DNA of 64,000 nucleotides from an uncultured Clostridia bacterium (GCA_937898195.1 CALEJD010000040.1:24052-88051), one strand, 5' to 3'; numbered from the stretch's first letter, positions 27,988 to 37,696 are shown. Translations and numbers: made by a program. Notes: generated from the sequence alone by a model not told the origin.

Positions 27988-28002
27988 TCCGTATCACCGC
28001 CC

Positions 28003-28233
28003 TCATCGTATGTCCCAATGTAAATACTCATATTCTTCTTCAATCTCTTTTTGCCAATCTGGTATACTTTCATTCCGACTGATACAGTCTGTGGTCGTTG
28101 CGGATTCTGCATCACCCTCTTTTGCGCACTCACCGCCAAAAAATTCATAGTTCCCTTTCGGCTTTACATATTCGCTCTTCTCTCCAGCCAGACACCTCGT
28201 TTTAGAAAAGTTTTTATGAACTGTCTGACTCAT
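28003..28233 (-). CDS. hypothetical protein
   Basis: Start overlaps the upstream MRGEK tail, which acts as its SD. Confidence 0.55.
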   Translation of the reverse strand: MSQTVHKNFSKTRCLAGEKSEYVKPKGNYEFFGGECAKEGDAESATTTDCISRNESIPDWQKEIEEEYEYLHWDIR

Positions 28234-28403
28234 TTTTCACCTCTCATATAAGCAACCTTGTCTGTGCGGTTGGTATACACTTTCCTGTCATACCCTTTTG
28301 CACAACGGTATGTCTCGGAGTTACAATTCCCAAGCCTGTCTGCATATTCACATAGCCTATAAAAGTGTCGGCATATACGCTTATTCGGTGTTGTTATCTT
28401 CAT
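28230..28403 (-). CDS. small Cys-rich protein ending YMRGEK
   Basis: ATG 28403 lies 5 nt after GAGGTGA (the track starts at GTG 28412). Confidence 0.5.
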   Translation of the reverse strand: MKITTPNKRICRHFYRLCEYADRLGNCNSETYRCAKGYDRKVYTNRTDKVAYMRGEK

Positions 28404-28992
28404 TGGTTTCACCTCTCATATCAGCACCACACTCTGGGCAGAAGTTCGCTTCGCAAGTGATTATAACACCACACTCCGAGCAAGAACATTTTGGTGAAAA
28501 ATAATAGCCAGTTATGCTTGAATCACTTGCAATGTGTTCATGTATCCACACCCCCTTCTTCCGCTCTGGCTCTACTGGTGGACATTCATTCAACGCTTGG
28601 TTTATTCCAGTCAGTGTCATGCCCTTTTCTTTTGATGTTTCGTTGTATGTAACCCAATAGGCATTATCTTCTATGATTCTCCACAAATCATGTTTACTAA
28701 TAGCGTCCTCACATACTGGCTTTGGTTTGACTGGTGGGAGAATGTTGAGAATCTCTTGTACTCCTTTGCCTGTAAAGTACGGCACCTCCCCATTAGTGCA
28801 ATCATGTAGTGCTATTTCTTCTATCGCCTGTTGCCGACTGATACAGTCCTCGCTATTCTCCCACTTCCCCCTTGGTCTACCTTCATAAGCGCGAATCAAA
28901 TCGTCAATATCAGCCCTTTTCCACTCGTCAGATTCTTTGTGCTTCCAAAGAATCCTGCTCTCATCAACCTCTGTTCCTATCTGTATAATCAT
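28381..28992 (-). CDS. Zn-ribbon protein (ISRQQAIEEI) ending CPECGADMRGE
   Basis: First gene after the promoter at 29019..29047; family motifs RPRGKW, KKGVWI and CSCSECG...CPECG. Confidence 0.65.
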   Translation of the reverse strand: MIIQIGTEVDESRILWKHKESDEWKRADIDDLIRAYEGRPRGKWENSEDCISRQQAIEEIALHDCTNGEVPYFTGKGVQEILNILPPVKPKPVCEDAISKHDLWRIIEDNAYWVTYNETSKEKGMTLTGINQALNECPPVEPERKKGVWIHEHIASDSSITGYYFSPKCSCSECGVIITCEANFCPECGADMRGETNEDNNTE

Positions 28993-29018
28993 TTTGTATG
29001 CCTCCTATCACTATATAT

Positions 29019-29047
29019 ATTATATCACATATATTTATCATTGTCAA
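29019..29047 (-). promoter_or_regulatory. consensus promoter (leftward)
   Basis: TTGACA-17 nt-TATAAT. Confidence 0.7.
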
Positions 29048-29171
29048 TAAAAATATGGCTATAACGCCATATTTTATCTTTGCCACCACGCACAATTAAG
29101 TCTTTGCGGCACCCTATACCACCAGTAATCTTTTTCGCTCATACGCTTTAATACGTCTTCAATTGTAATTT

Positions 29172-29423
29172 TTACCAATTTGTAAAGTCCTTTCCCTTTT
29201 CAGTAAAAACATATAGTGGATATTCACCTTTTACACAATCCCAAAAGCATTGTTTTGCTTCTTCAATATCTTTTAAGTTAAATGTCTGTTCTGCTCTAAT
29301 TGTTTCACCACTTTCAAAGATGGTAACTTCAACACTCATTTCTACTGTGTTTTCTGGAATGGAGATAATAATATCGTCACATTCACCTTCATACATTTTT
29401 CGGTCTGTCATTTTGTTAGTCAT
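29172..29423 (-). CDS. hypothetical protein
   Basis: Lies within the operon. Confidence 0.55.
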   Translation of the reverse strand: MTNKMTDRKMYEGECDDIIISIPENTVEMSVEVTIFESGETIRAEQTFNLKDIEEAKQCFWDCVKGEYPLYVFTEKGKDFTNW

Positions 29424-29619
29424 GTTTAATTTCGTCCTCCTTGTTAAGAAACATCGTATATACGGGCACTCTATCGCAACACACTAATCTTCTATCTTCA
29501 CACGCACTTACATATTTTGCAAATTTCTGTTGCGATTTTTCGTTGTTGAAGGCGGTTACTATTGGTTCTGTTTGACCTATTTGTTCGTATATTATGGTAT
29601 ATACATATTGACTAATCAT
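29416..29619 (-). CDS. hypothetical protein
   Basis: Lies within the operon. Confidence 0.55.
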   Translation of the reverse strand: MISQYVYTIIYEQIGQTEPIVTAFNNEKSQQKFAKYVSACEDRRLVCCDRVPVYTMFLNKEDEIKHD

Positions 29620-30603
29620 TTATCTCCACCTTTCGCTCTGAATTTCTGGTATAAAACTTAATATGTGTTTAATAACGTCTACTGTCCATCCATCGCCAAT
29701 AACATCGCAAGCCTGTCCGTATGAAAGATTATCACAATAGCCAGTGGGTAGAGTCTGCGCCATTTCCATTTCTCTTCTCGTTAAAAATCTGCACCAATCC
29801 TTATACGGCATCATGCCACTATTAGGACACCTATCTTGTTTGCGACTAATACAACCGACCTTATCAGCGTTGATTAAATTAGCACATTTGGTCATTGTGT
29901 TAATGGGCGATTCGCCATTACTCCACATACGAATTCGACTTGGCGTTTTATTTGGTATCGCTTCGTTGCACCTATTTATATCCGTATCTATATAGTCTTG
30001 ATAAGATATATGTTTGTCTTTTGGGGATGTTACATTTGGTATATTAGTCCAATAATATCTCGCTCTGGTTTGATATGATACTAACTTACTATCAATCATA
30101 ATGCCATTTACGTCAAGGTAATTATCTAATTCTTCCTTACTGTCTTTTCTCATTCGGACGTTTTCAAGCAAGAAATATTTGGGTTGTATTTCTTTAAGTA
30201 ATCTTATATACTCATAGAACAATACGCTTTTATCACCTTTCAGCCCATCAATTGTATTTCCGTTACCGCTTGTTACTCTTAATGTACTAAAATTCTGGCA
30301 TGGACTACCACCTATAATTATATCTGGCTTTTCTTCCAAGATTTTGGTAGGTTCTTCTCCGTAACATTTATTATGATGAAAATCCCAATCGGAATATAAT
30401 GCGTGTGTCTCTTCGTCCCAATGAAGTTTAGTCACATCACCAACCTGTATGGTGTTAGGGTAGTGTAGTTGAGTCGTTTCAATAGCAATTTTCTTAATTT
30501 CAGACGAGATATACTTGTTTTTAACGCCATCAAAAGTTATACCAAGACGCTCAAACGCAATTTGTCCACAACTAATGCCATCAAATAAACTTAATACTAT
30601 CAT
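29620..30603 (-). CDS. DNA (cytosine-5)-methyltransferase
   Basis: Motif I LSLFDGISCG, motif IV GGSPCQNFS, motif VI LLENV, and C-terminal GDGWTVDV. Confidence 0.85.
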   Translation of the reverse strand: MIVLSLFDGISCGQIAFERLGITFDGVKNKYISSEIKKIAIETTQLHYPNTIQVGDVTKLHWDEETHALYSDWDFHHNKCYGEEPTKILEEKPDIIIGGSPCQNFSTLRVTSGNGNTIDGLKGDKSVLFYEYIRLLKEIQPKYFLLENVRMRKDSKEELDNYLDVNGIMIDSKLVSYQTRARYYWTNIPNVTSPKDKHISYQDYIDTDINRCNEAIPNKTPSRIRMWSNGESPINTMTKCANLINADKVGCISRKQDRCPNSGMMPYKDWCRFLTRREMEMAQTLPTGYCDNLSYGQACDVIGDGWTVDVIKHILSFIPEIQSERWR

Positions 30604-30622
30604 AATGCGCTCCTAATAAATG

Positions 30623-32278
30623 TTATACTATCTTTATTTCAAATTCTTCAATAACTATTTGCTTCGTCTTCTTACCACGAAATTCATTAACGCTTGGTTT
30701 CCCAATTATATCTATATTAATTATACCACCTGTACCAACCTTTAGCAAGTCTTTTTTTTCTTTTGAACAAAAGAACATGATAAACTCAATATCCCCATAT
30801 AGAAATTTAATTGTAGTTTTACCAGCACCAAGTTCTTTAATATCTTCGCCGCTAATGGTTATATTAGAAAAATATACTGTTGGCTCCGGGATACCGTGAC
30901 CCCACAACATTTTACCAGCGTCATTCATATCGAATATCTCTGGTGGCATAAACACGTTATCTGTAGCATACATAACGTGAATGGTTGGCTCTTCTAAATT
31001 CAGTTGTCTACAAAATGTTGACAACTCATCTGTGTTTTCTGCTGACCAACCGATTCCACAAGATTGTTCATGCCCAGCACAAAATGCTACGCCTTCGCAT
31101 CCTAACAACTGACTTCTAATTGGTATTGGGCTACGAACAGAGCCAGATAGGAATTTATCTCCATGTACAACAATGCATGGGCATTGGTATTTATCGCTTA
31201 ACTTTGTAGCAACTAATCCTGTGTATGGTGTATTAGGTGACTTAAAAATCTTAATCCTGTCGCCAATGTATCCGTTAGATAACACTTCCTCGTACAACTT
31301 GTTTGTTTCATTTCGTTGCTTGGCGTGTTGCTCCTTGATTTTATTAATAAAATCATTCACACTATTGCTTAATACATCACCAAGCGCAAGCATATCAAAC
31401 AATTGTGTTTTTAGTGATTTGTTATCGCTCCTACACACAGCGTTGATTTTAGGTATGACGTTCCATGCCAATGTGGTTGGTGTTATATCAGCGTTAGATA
31501 TAAACTCGTGACACATAGCACGAAGGGTTGGGTTGGCGATATGCTCCAATCCCCACTTCACAATCATTCGATTTTCGTTGTAGCGCATATCCATAACATC
31601 GCCAATGGTTGCCAGAGCAACAAGGTCAAGGCACGATTGATGAAGCTTGCTATTATGCTTCTTGCAAAATGCGGTGATTAACTTATGCGTCACGCCAGCA
31701 CCACACAGTTGCTTGTTCTTTACACCACGGCTCTCTTGGTTGTTAATGATGGTGGCATATATGTTATCTTCGTTTGCTTCATGGTGGTCTGTAACTAATA
31801 TCGGGATGTCCATCACATTATACAAATACGCACACGCATCTATGTCGTTTGTGCCAGCATCTGGTAGCCATATAAGCCCCACTTCTTGGTCATTGTCATC
31901 GCTTATGTAGCAATTTATCTGCTCCATCATTTCTTTACTTAATCCGTGTTGCTTACCACCATGAAAAAGTGCCTCGATATTTGTTGAACTTACACCTTCT
32001 GATAACAGAAATTTGTATGCAATAGTAGTAGCACAATAGCCGTCGCAGTCGCTATCACAAATTAGGAGAATCATTTTGTCATGAATGTTGGCTTCGTAAA
32101 TTGCTCCTTCTAATACTTCAACACCCTTTTCTATATTGTCGTAGTTTTCATAAGGCTCTACAAAACTTGCAGGTGGGTTAAGATAATTCTCTACATCTAC
32201 TACACCACATCTACGCAGATATTCGTTTATGGTTGGTGTTTCGTTTTTCTGAAATAAAGATTCAATTTTCATTATCAA
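30623..32278 (-). CDS. DHH-family RecJ-like single-strand exonuclease
   Basis: Motifs CDSDCDGYCA, LPDAGTND and VTDHHEA. Confidence 0.7.
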   Translation of the reverse strand: MIMKIESLFQKNETPTINEYLRRCGVVDVENYLNPPASFVEPYENYDNIEKGVEVLEGAIYEANIHDKMILLICDSDCDGYCATTIAYKFLLSEGVSSTNIEALFHGGKQHGLSKEMMEQINCYISDDNDQEVGLIWLPDAGTNDIDACAYLYNVMDIPILVTDHHEANEDNIYATIINNQESRGVKNKQLCGAGVTHKLITAFCKKHNSKLHQSCLDLVALATIGDVMDMRYNENRMIVKWGLEHIANPTLRAMCHEFISNADITPTTLAWNVIPKINAVCRSDNKSLKTQLFDMLALGDVLSNSVNDFINKIKEQHAKQRNETNKLYEEVLSNGYIGDRIKIFKSPNTPYTGLVATKLSDKYQCPCIVVHGDKFLSGSVRSPIPIRSQLLGCEGVAFCAGHEQSCGIGWSAENTDELSTFCRQLNLEEPTIHVMYATDNVFMPPEIFDMNDAGKMLWGHGIPEPTVYFSNITISGEDIKELGAGKTTIKFLYGDIEFIMFFCSKEKKDLLKVGTGGIINIDIIGKPSVNEFRGKKTKQIVIEEFEIKIV

Positions 32279-35200
32279 TCATCCTTTATAATTGCATAAC
32301 ATTGGACTATCTGCTCATACTCACCAGTTTTCATCCATTGCTTCTTGCCATTAGCGTCTTCGCCAATAAGTTTGACCTTCTCTTTGGTTCTAAATGCCAC
32401 TTTTAACAAATCGTCTTGTGCACACGGTAACTTCTTGTACCATTTCGCATCACATTTGTATTCAAATGATTGGTTAGAAGCAAGATGATATAACGATAAC
32501 CAAACCCTATCCCATTTATCCTTATGTGCTGATTGCACTACATATTCGTCCATGGCAACACTCACATTCCCAACATCAACGTAACCAAGATGTTTGATTT
32601 GGTTACGAATCAACATTGGAACATCCTCCCCATGCAAAGGAGTAATGTCTATAATGTGCTGGATTAAACCCTTGTTATTTATTTTGCTAAATGTTTTTTC
32701 TGTTTCCTTGTCCGAATACTCACGCACAACAGGAATAAGCCAAGGTTCGTTCTCTATTTTTTCTTTCTTGATGGTCTTACATTTGTGAAATTTATCATAC
32801 CACCCACGCATATCCTTTAGTGTTCCAACGGTTCCAAATTTATCGAAAAACCCAATGTCAATTAGAATATCCATAGACTTGGAATTGATTCTATTATTAT
32901 CCACTTTGATATCTTCACACATTTCAAGCACATCAATGAACGTCTGTGGGTTTCTTTCTGCTACCTGTAGCATAATATCGGCGGCTACAGACTGCATGGA
33001 CTTAATTGAGCCAAGCCCCTTATATATAGTGTTGGTTAACTTGTCGCACACATAAACATTCTTTGCATATCCAAGTTTTGGTGCTTTAATAGTAAACCCT
33101 TTAGACTTGGCGAACTTTGTGCCCCTTGCGATATCATCATCAGTTCTTGCGTTATTAAGAAACGCTGTAATAAATTCAAGTGGATAATAGTATCTTAACA
33201 TAGCACATGTATATCCAATCATTGAATATCCAGTTGAATGATTGTAACCAAACATATAATTGCTACTGTCTTCAATGATTTGGAGGAATGCCTTCGCTTC
33301 CTTTTCTGCTACGTCTCTTGGCTTGTCTGATTTTTCACAATACCCTTCGAGAATTTGTGGTAACGCCGCTTGCAGTCTGTCCATTTGCTTGCGCCCAATG
33401 GCTCTTCTTACATTGTCAGCATCAGAACCAGACAGCCCACATATATCTTGTAGGAACTTAATTACGTCTTCTTGGAATACAAGAAATCCATTATTATCCT
33501 TTAATAATTCATCAATCTGTTCAGAAGGATTATGATTGGTTTCGTGTGCAAACAATCTATCCCTATAAGATTCTCCACTTGGTCTAATAGCGGCGTTGAC
33601 TAATGACATATGATTAAGCATGTGTGGTTCAAAATCTTTTAGACACTTAAACGCATAATCAGATTCAAATTGGAATAACCCTACTGGTGATGTAATCATA
33701 TCTTTCCATACGTTTTCATCATTCCAATTTATTTCATGAGATTTAGGATATGGTATTCCAGCGAGCCTACATGTATCACGAATAATCTGCACGTTTTGTA
33801 ATCCTAAAATATCATACTTAACCAAATTAATTTCATGAATTTCCTCCATATTGATTGGCAGTACAACTTGCCCATCGGAGTTAATAAACCCACCATAATT
33901 ATCAATTAAATTAATTGGCGATGCGATGATGCCAGCAGGATGTTGGGATTGTGAGATTACACATCCGAGCATACCATCATAATAGTAAAATACTTCTGGA
34001 TATTTTTTTCTTGTTGCTTCTTCGTCTTCTTCAAATTCTCTCTTAATCTGGTCTGCTAATTTGAGTGAATATTCAGACTCCTTTCCACTCTTTTCTTCTT
34101 TGTGTCTCAATGCACGACATATATCATCAATAGTCCCTTTTGATTGAATCGTATCGCTCGCAAGTATATATGCTGTATTCTCTATGCCAAAACGGTCAAT
34201 AATGTATTGATACACCAATGACCTTTGGTCTGGAGACACATCAATATCAATATCACCAATTTCTTTCCTGTGCTCGTTACAAAACCTTGAGAACATAGTA
34301 TGCCATACTACAGGGTCAACATCAGTAATGTCTGACAAATATGCGGTTTCGCTACCCCCAACAGACCCACGACAAAATCCAATAGGAATGTCATTTTCCC
34401 AACACCAAGAAATCATTTCAGACATGAATAGCATAAAGCCACTCATGCCAACTTTATGGAATACGCTTAATTCTTCTTTGATTTTATCACCATATTCTTT
34501 TGCTTTAGATTTATCAATAGTGCCTGTGTTGACCTTTTGCTTGTATTTATCACGCAACCTCTCAAGTAAAACCTTCTCGTCTTCTTCTCCGTAAAGGATT
34601 GGATACTTAAACGATGTGTCTAACTCAAAATCAACAATGCTGTCTGCCATAATGTTAGTGTTTTCAATCGCTTGAAGATATATTTCTTCATGAGTCCCTT
34701 GCTCCTTAAACGCCTCACAGAGTTCATCATATGATTTGTATGTTAAATCAAAAATATCCTCGTCGCCAAACTCAATTTCTTTTGACCATTGTAACATAGT
34801 ACGACACTCTGCCTTGTACTGATTGAGACTATGTGTGTCCGTACCTGCAATAAGGGGTATGTTGAATTGTTCAGATAGAGTAGTAAGGTATCTGTTATAT
34901 ACGATTTGCTCTGGATGGTTATGTGGTTGAATTTCTAAATAATCATAGTGTTTAATTAAAGACCAAAAGTTATCAAAGTTGTCATCTTTAGATTCGTGCA
35001 TGTAACACAAGGTATTAAGCGGACTCGCTAAACATGCAGAAATTTTAATAACATTATCACTAATGTTCATAAATTCATTAAAAGATAATCTTGGTCTATA
35101 ATAAAAGTGGTCTGGTTGCGATGCGATATAGCATAGCCTGTTTATTTCCTTTACTCCTTCATAATTTTTAGCCAACAAAACAGTATGATAATTATCTCTT

Positions 35201-35436
35201 ACCTTTGGTTCAAGTTGTTCTGTCAGATAACATTCTACACCATGGATGTACTTGATTCCGTTGGCATCACAATACATTTTTTTTTCGACCCAATTATAAA
35301 CATTACCATGCTCCGTAAAAGCGATGGCTGTTTGACCAAGTTCTTTTGCTTTGTTTACATAGTCTTTATAATTAGTGCAACTGTCAAGCAAAGATTGTTC
35401 AGTATGAAGATGATAAACTACATAATTCTTTTCCAT
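32275..35436 (-). CDS. dnaE: DNA polymerase III alpha subunit (DnaE-type, N-terminal PHP domain)
   Basis: 1053 aa; PHP motifs YHLHTEQSLLDS and FTEHGNVYNW; polymerase core GIDIDVS and HPAGII. Confidence 0.85.
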   Translation of the reverse strand: MEKNYVVYHLHTEQSLLDSCTNYKDYVNKAKELGQTAIAFTEHGNVYNWVEKKMYCDANGIKYIHGVECYLTEQLEPKVRDNYHTVLLAKNYEGVKEINRLCYIASQPDHFYYRPRLSFNEFMNISDNVIKISACLASPLNTLCYMHESKDDNFDNFWSLIKHYDYLEIQPHNHPEQIVYNRYLTTLSEQFNIPLIAGTDTHSLNQYKAECRTMLQWSKEIEFGDEDIFDLTYKSYDELCEAFKEQGTHEEIYLQAIENTNIMADSIVDFELDTSFKYPILYGEEDEKVLLERLRDKYKQKVNTGTIDKSKAKEYGDKIKEELSVFHKVGMSGFMLFMSEMISWCWENDIPIGFCRGSVGGSETAYLSDITDVDPVVWHTMFSRFCNEHRKEIGDIDIDVSPDQRSLVYQYIIDRFGIENTAYILASDTIQSKGTIDDICRALRHKEEKSGKESEYSLKLADQIKREFEEDEEATRKKYPEVFYYYDGMLGCVISQSQHPAGIIASPINLIDNYGGFINSDGQVVLPINMEEIHEINLVKYDILGLQNVQIIRDTCRLAGIPYPKSHEINWNDENVWKDMITSPVGLFQFESDYAFKCLKDFEPHMLNHMSLVNAAIRPSGESYRDRLFAHETNHNPSEQIDELLKDNNGFLVFQEDVIKFLQDICGLSGSDADNVRRAIGRKQMDRLQAALPQILEGYCEKSDKPRDVAEKEAKAFLQIIEDSSNYMFGYNHSTGYSMIGYTCAMLRYYYPLEFITAFLNNARTDDDIARGTKFAKSKGFTIKAPKLGYAKNVYVCDKLTNTIYKGLGSIKSMQSVAADIMLQVAERNPQTFIDVLEMCEDIKVDNNRINSKSMDILIDIGFFDKFGTVGTLKDMRGWYDKFHKCKTIKKEKIENEPWLIPVVREYSDKETEKTFSKINNKGLIQHIIDITPLHGEDVPMLIRNQIKHLGYVDVGNVSVAMDEYVVQSAHKDKWDRVWLSLYHLASNQSFEYKCDAKWYKKLPCAQDDLLKVAFRTKEKVKLIGEDANGKKQWMKTGEYEQIVQCYAIIKDD

Positions 35437-35437
35437 T

Positions 35438-35827
35438 TTACCACCATAAGTATCTATGACATACCTTTAACATATCGTAAACTTCATCCATAATCTCCAC
35501 ATGGTCTGTGCTTATACTACTAAAATTCATGGCATCTTTACATTTGCCAATCATCTTATCAATCATTTCTAATTCTGTATATTCTTCACCAAGATACTCA
35601 CACTTGTGATAGTTTAAGTCAACAATTTCTCCACCAATTTCTTTATACATCATAAGACGCTCATAGATAAGTTGTGCGAATGTTGAATCTAAATCCCATG
35701 TTTCTATATCACAAAACCCATAGATTTTTTCTTGCTCGCACCAACGCTCATGTCGCTCGTCGGTTTCATCATGATAACCAAATATTTTTTCTTTGGGTAT
35801 TATCTCTTCAAGATATTTCCTATTCAT
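35438..35827 (-). CDS. hypothetical protein
   Basis: Lies within the operon. Confidence 0.6.
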   Translation of the reverse strand: MNRKYLEEIIPKEKIFGYHDETDERHERWCEQEKIYGFCDIETWDLDSTFAQLIYERLMMYKEIGGEIVDLNYHKCEYLGEEYTELEMIDKMIGKCKDAMNFSSISTDHVEIMDEVYDMLKVCHRYLWW

Positions 35828-35853
35828 ATGTATACCGCAACCTCTCTGTTATC

Positions 35854-37077
35854 CTATTCCTTTGCTTTATAATTATATATTGGTTTGATTATGCGCTCAA
35901 TTTTTACGGTATCTCCAATGTGGTTTATAATTTCATCAGCTGGTTTATAAGCCATTGGGGACTCATCTAACGTAGATACATCAACAGATGTGGTATATAT
36001 TCCCACCATAGATTCCTTAAAATCAATCATGGGGATGCTTTCTTTTGCTTGTTTTCTACTCATTAGCCGCCCTGCGCCATGTGGAGCCGAGCAATTCCAA
36101 TCTTCATTTCCTTTTCCAATAGCAATAATGCATCCATCACGCATATTCATAGGGATTACAACCCTTTCTCCTTTCTTTGCGGAGATTGCCCCTTTACGAA
36201 CCATGTTGGTTCTCGGCTCTATGTAATTATGGATTGTTTCAAAAGACTCATTTGTATCCCACTTCATTTTTTCCATAATTGTACGAGCTATCATAAAACG
36301 ATTATCAGAAGCAAATGTTTGACACAGACGCATATCATTAAGATAATCTAATCGGTCTTTTCCCGTGAGATAGCTAAGTTCTTTTGGTAATTCTGGTATA
36401 TATTTTTTAAACCACTGATTTAATTCTTGCCACGCACTGTTAATTTCTTTTTCTTTCCCTTGTGATTTAAAATTTTCAATTAACTCATTATGATAATAAT
36501 TTATTTTATGTTTTCTATCACATTTTTCAATTGCAAGATTTTGATAATAGTCTGCGACCTGTTTTCCTAAGTTGCGAGAACCAGTGTGAATAACTAAATA
36601 CCTATTACTTTCGGAATCTTCGTCAATTTCAATAAAGTGATTACCTCCACCAAGAGTACCCAATGATTTTTGTAATCTATCTATATTTTGTAAATGCTTA
36701 TAACAGCGAAACCTTCTAAAAAAATATTCTTTACATATTTCAATTGAATGTATACTGCGACCGCTCGGTATGTATCGTTTTACAACTTCATCTAACTTCT
36801 CAAAGTCAATATAAATTTGTCCAAGATTAACTGTAAGCATACCGCAACCAATGTCTACTCCTACAATGTTCGGTATAACCTTATCGCCTAAGTCGGCTGT
36901 AAAACCAATAACACAACCAGCACCAGCGTGTACGTCGGGCATAATGCGAATTTTGCAATCCGAAAAAGCGGGGTGCCCTGTCAAAGTTTTAATTTGTTCG
37001 AGTGCTTCATATTCAATATTATCAGTAAATATTTTAAGATTCAAAGTAGCTCCCCCCCCCTTTTTTTTTAAGGACAA
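35854..37077 (-). CDS. rtcB: RtcB-family RNA 3'-phosphate ligase (start uncertain: TTG 37077 or TTG 37044)
   Basis: Motifs MPDVHAGAGCVIG, GVDIGCGM, GGGNHFIE, HTGSRNLG and APHGAGR. Confidence 0.85.
   Translation of the reverse strand: MSLKKKGGGATLNLKIFTDNIEYEALEQIKTLTGHPAFSDCKIRIMPDVHAGAGCVIGFTADLGDKVIPNIVGVDIGCGMLTVNLGQIYIDFEKLDEVVKRYIPSGRSIHSIEICKEYFFRRFRCYKHLQNIDRLQKSLGTLGGGNHFIEIDEDSESNRYLVIHTGSRNLGKQVADYYQNLAIEKCDRKHKINYYHNELIENFKSQGKEKEINSAWQELNQWFKKYIPELPKELSYLTGKDRLDYLNDMRLCQTFASDNRFMIARTIMEKMKWDTNESFETIHNYIEPRTNMVRKGAISAKKGERVVIPMNMRDGCIIAIGKGNEDWNCSAPHGAGRLMSRKQAKESIPMIDFKESMVGIYTTSVDVSTLDESPMAYKPADEIINHIGDTVKIERIIKPIYNYKAKE
37052..37069. repeat. C9T9 homopolymer pair (A9G9 on the coding strand) at the glycosylase-rtcB junction
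   Basis: tccccccccc ttttttttta read directly from the sequence. Confidence 0.9.
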
Positions 37078-37502
37078 AACCTCATTTCTTCATCAAACCT
37101 ATTTGCTATAACCATCCATTCGCTTTCGCTAATACCACCACAATCATATTTTTCTTGTAAGTTACATAAACATTGGACGAGATATCTATCATTATGCCAA
37201 TTAACAAATACATCCTCTATTGGTATGGTTAATATGTCATAACAATCCTCGTATGCAAAATCAAAATACTTTATAAACTTTTCAAATTCAAGTTTATAAT
37301 CACGATTTAACATATAACATTGTACTAACATAGTATATCTGATAAAATGCTCAATAGGGTAATCCATAATTTTATTTACAAGAATATGATTCGGCGTACC
37401 TTTATCTCGTATACTTTTAGCAATGCAACAACACTCTCGCCATTGCCCAAGAAGTTGCTGGCGTGGTAAGTATTGAACTAAATCTTTGTGCCACAACCGC
37501 AT
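37068..37502 (-). CDS. pyrimidine-dimer DNA glycosylase-like protein (DenV / TIGR02328-like)
   Basis: N-terminus MRLWHKDLVQYLPRQQLLGQWRECC matches the MRLWH..LP.QQLLGQHRE signature. Confidence 0.6.
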   Translation of the reverse strand: MRLWHKDLVQYLPRQQLLGQWRECCCIAKSIRDKGTPNHILVNKIMDYPIEHFIRYTMLVQCYMLNRDYKLEFEKFIKYFDFAYEDCYDILTIPIEDVFVNWHNDRYLVQCLCNLQEKYDCGGISESEWMVIANRFDEEMRFCP

Positions 37503-37510
37503 GTTTCAAA

Positions 37511-37696
37511 TTACCTGCCTTCAAAACTCTCATCAATATCACCAACTTCAATCATCATAGAATAAGTATTATCATTATATTTTGTTGGAGTAATTGTAAG
37601 AATGTAACCTTGTTCCAGAAAACATTTAATCACATCGTCCCCATGGTAGGAATCAAAATACTTATCTGTTTTAATTTCAAAAATCTTATCGCTCAT
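37511..37696 (-). CDS. hypothetical protein
   Basis: Lies within the operon. Confidence 0.5.
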   Translation of the reverse strand: MSDKIFEIKTDKYFDSYHGDDVIKCFLEQGYILTITPTKYNDNTYSMMIEVGDIDESFEGR

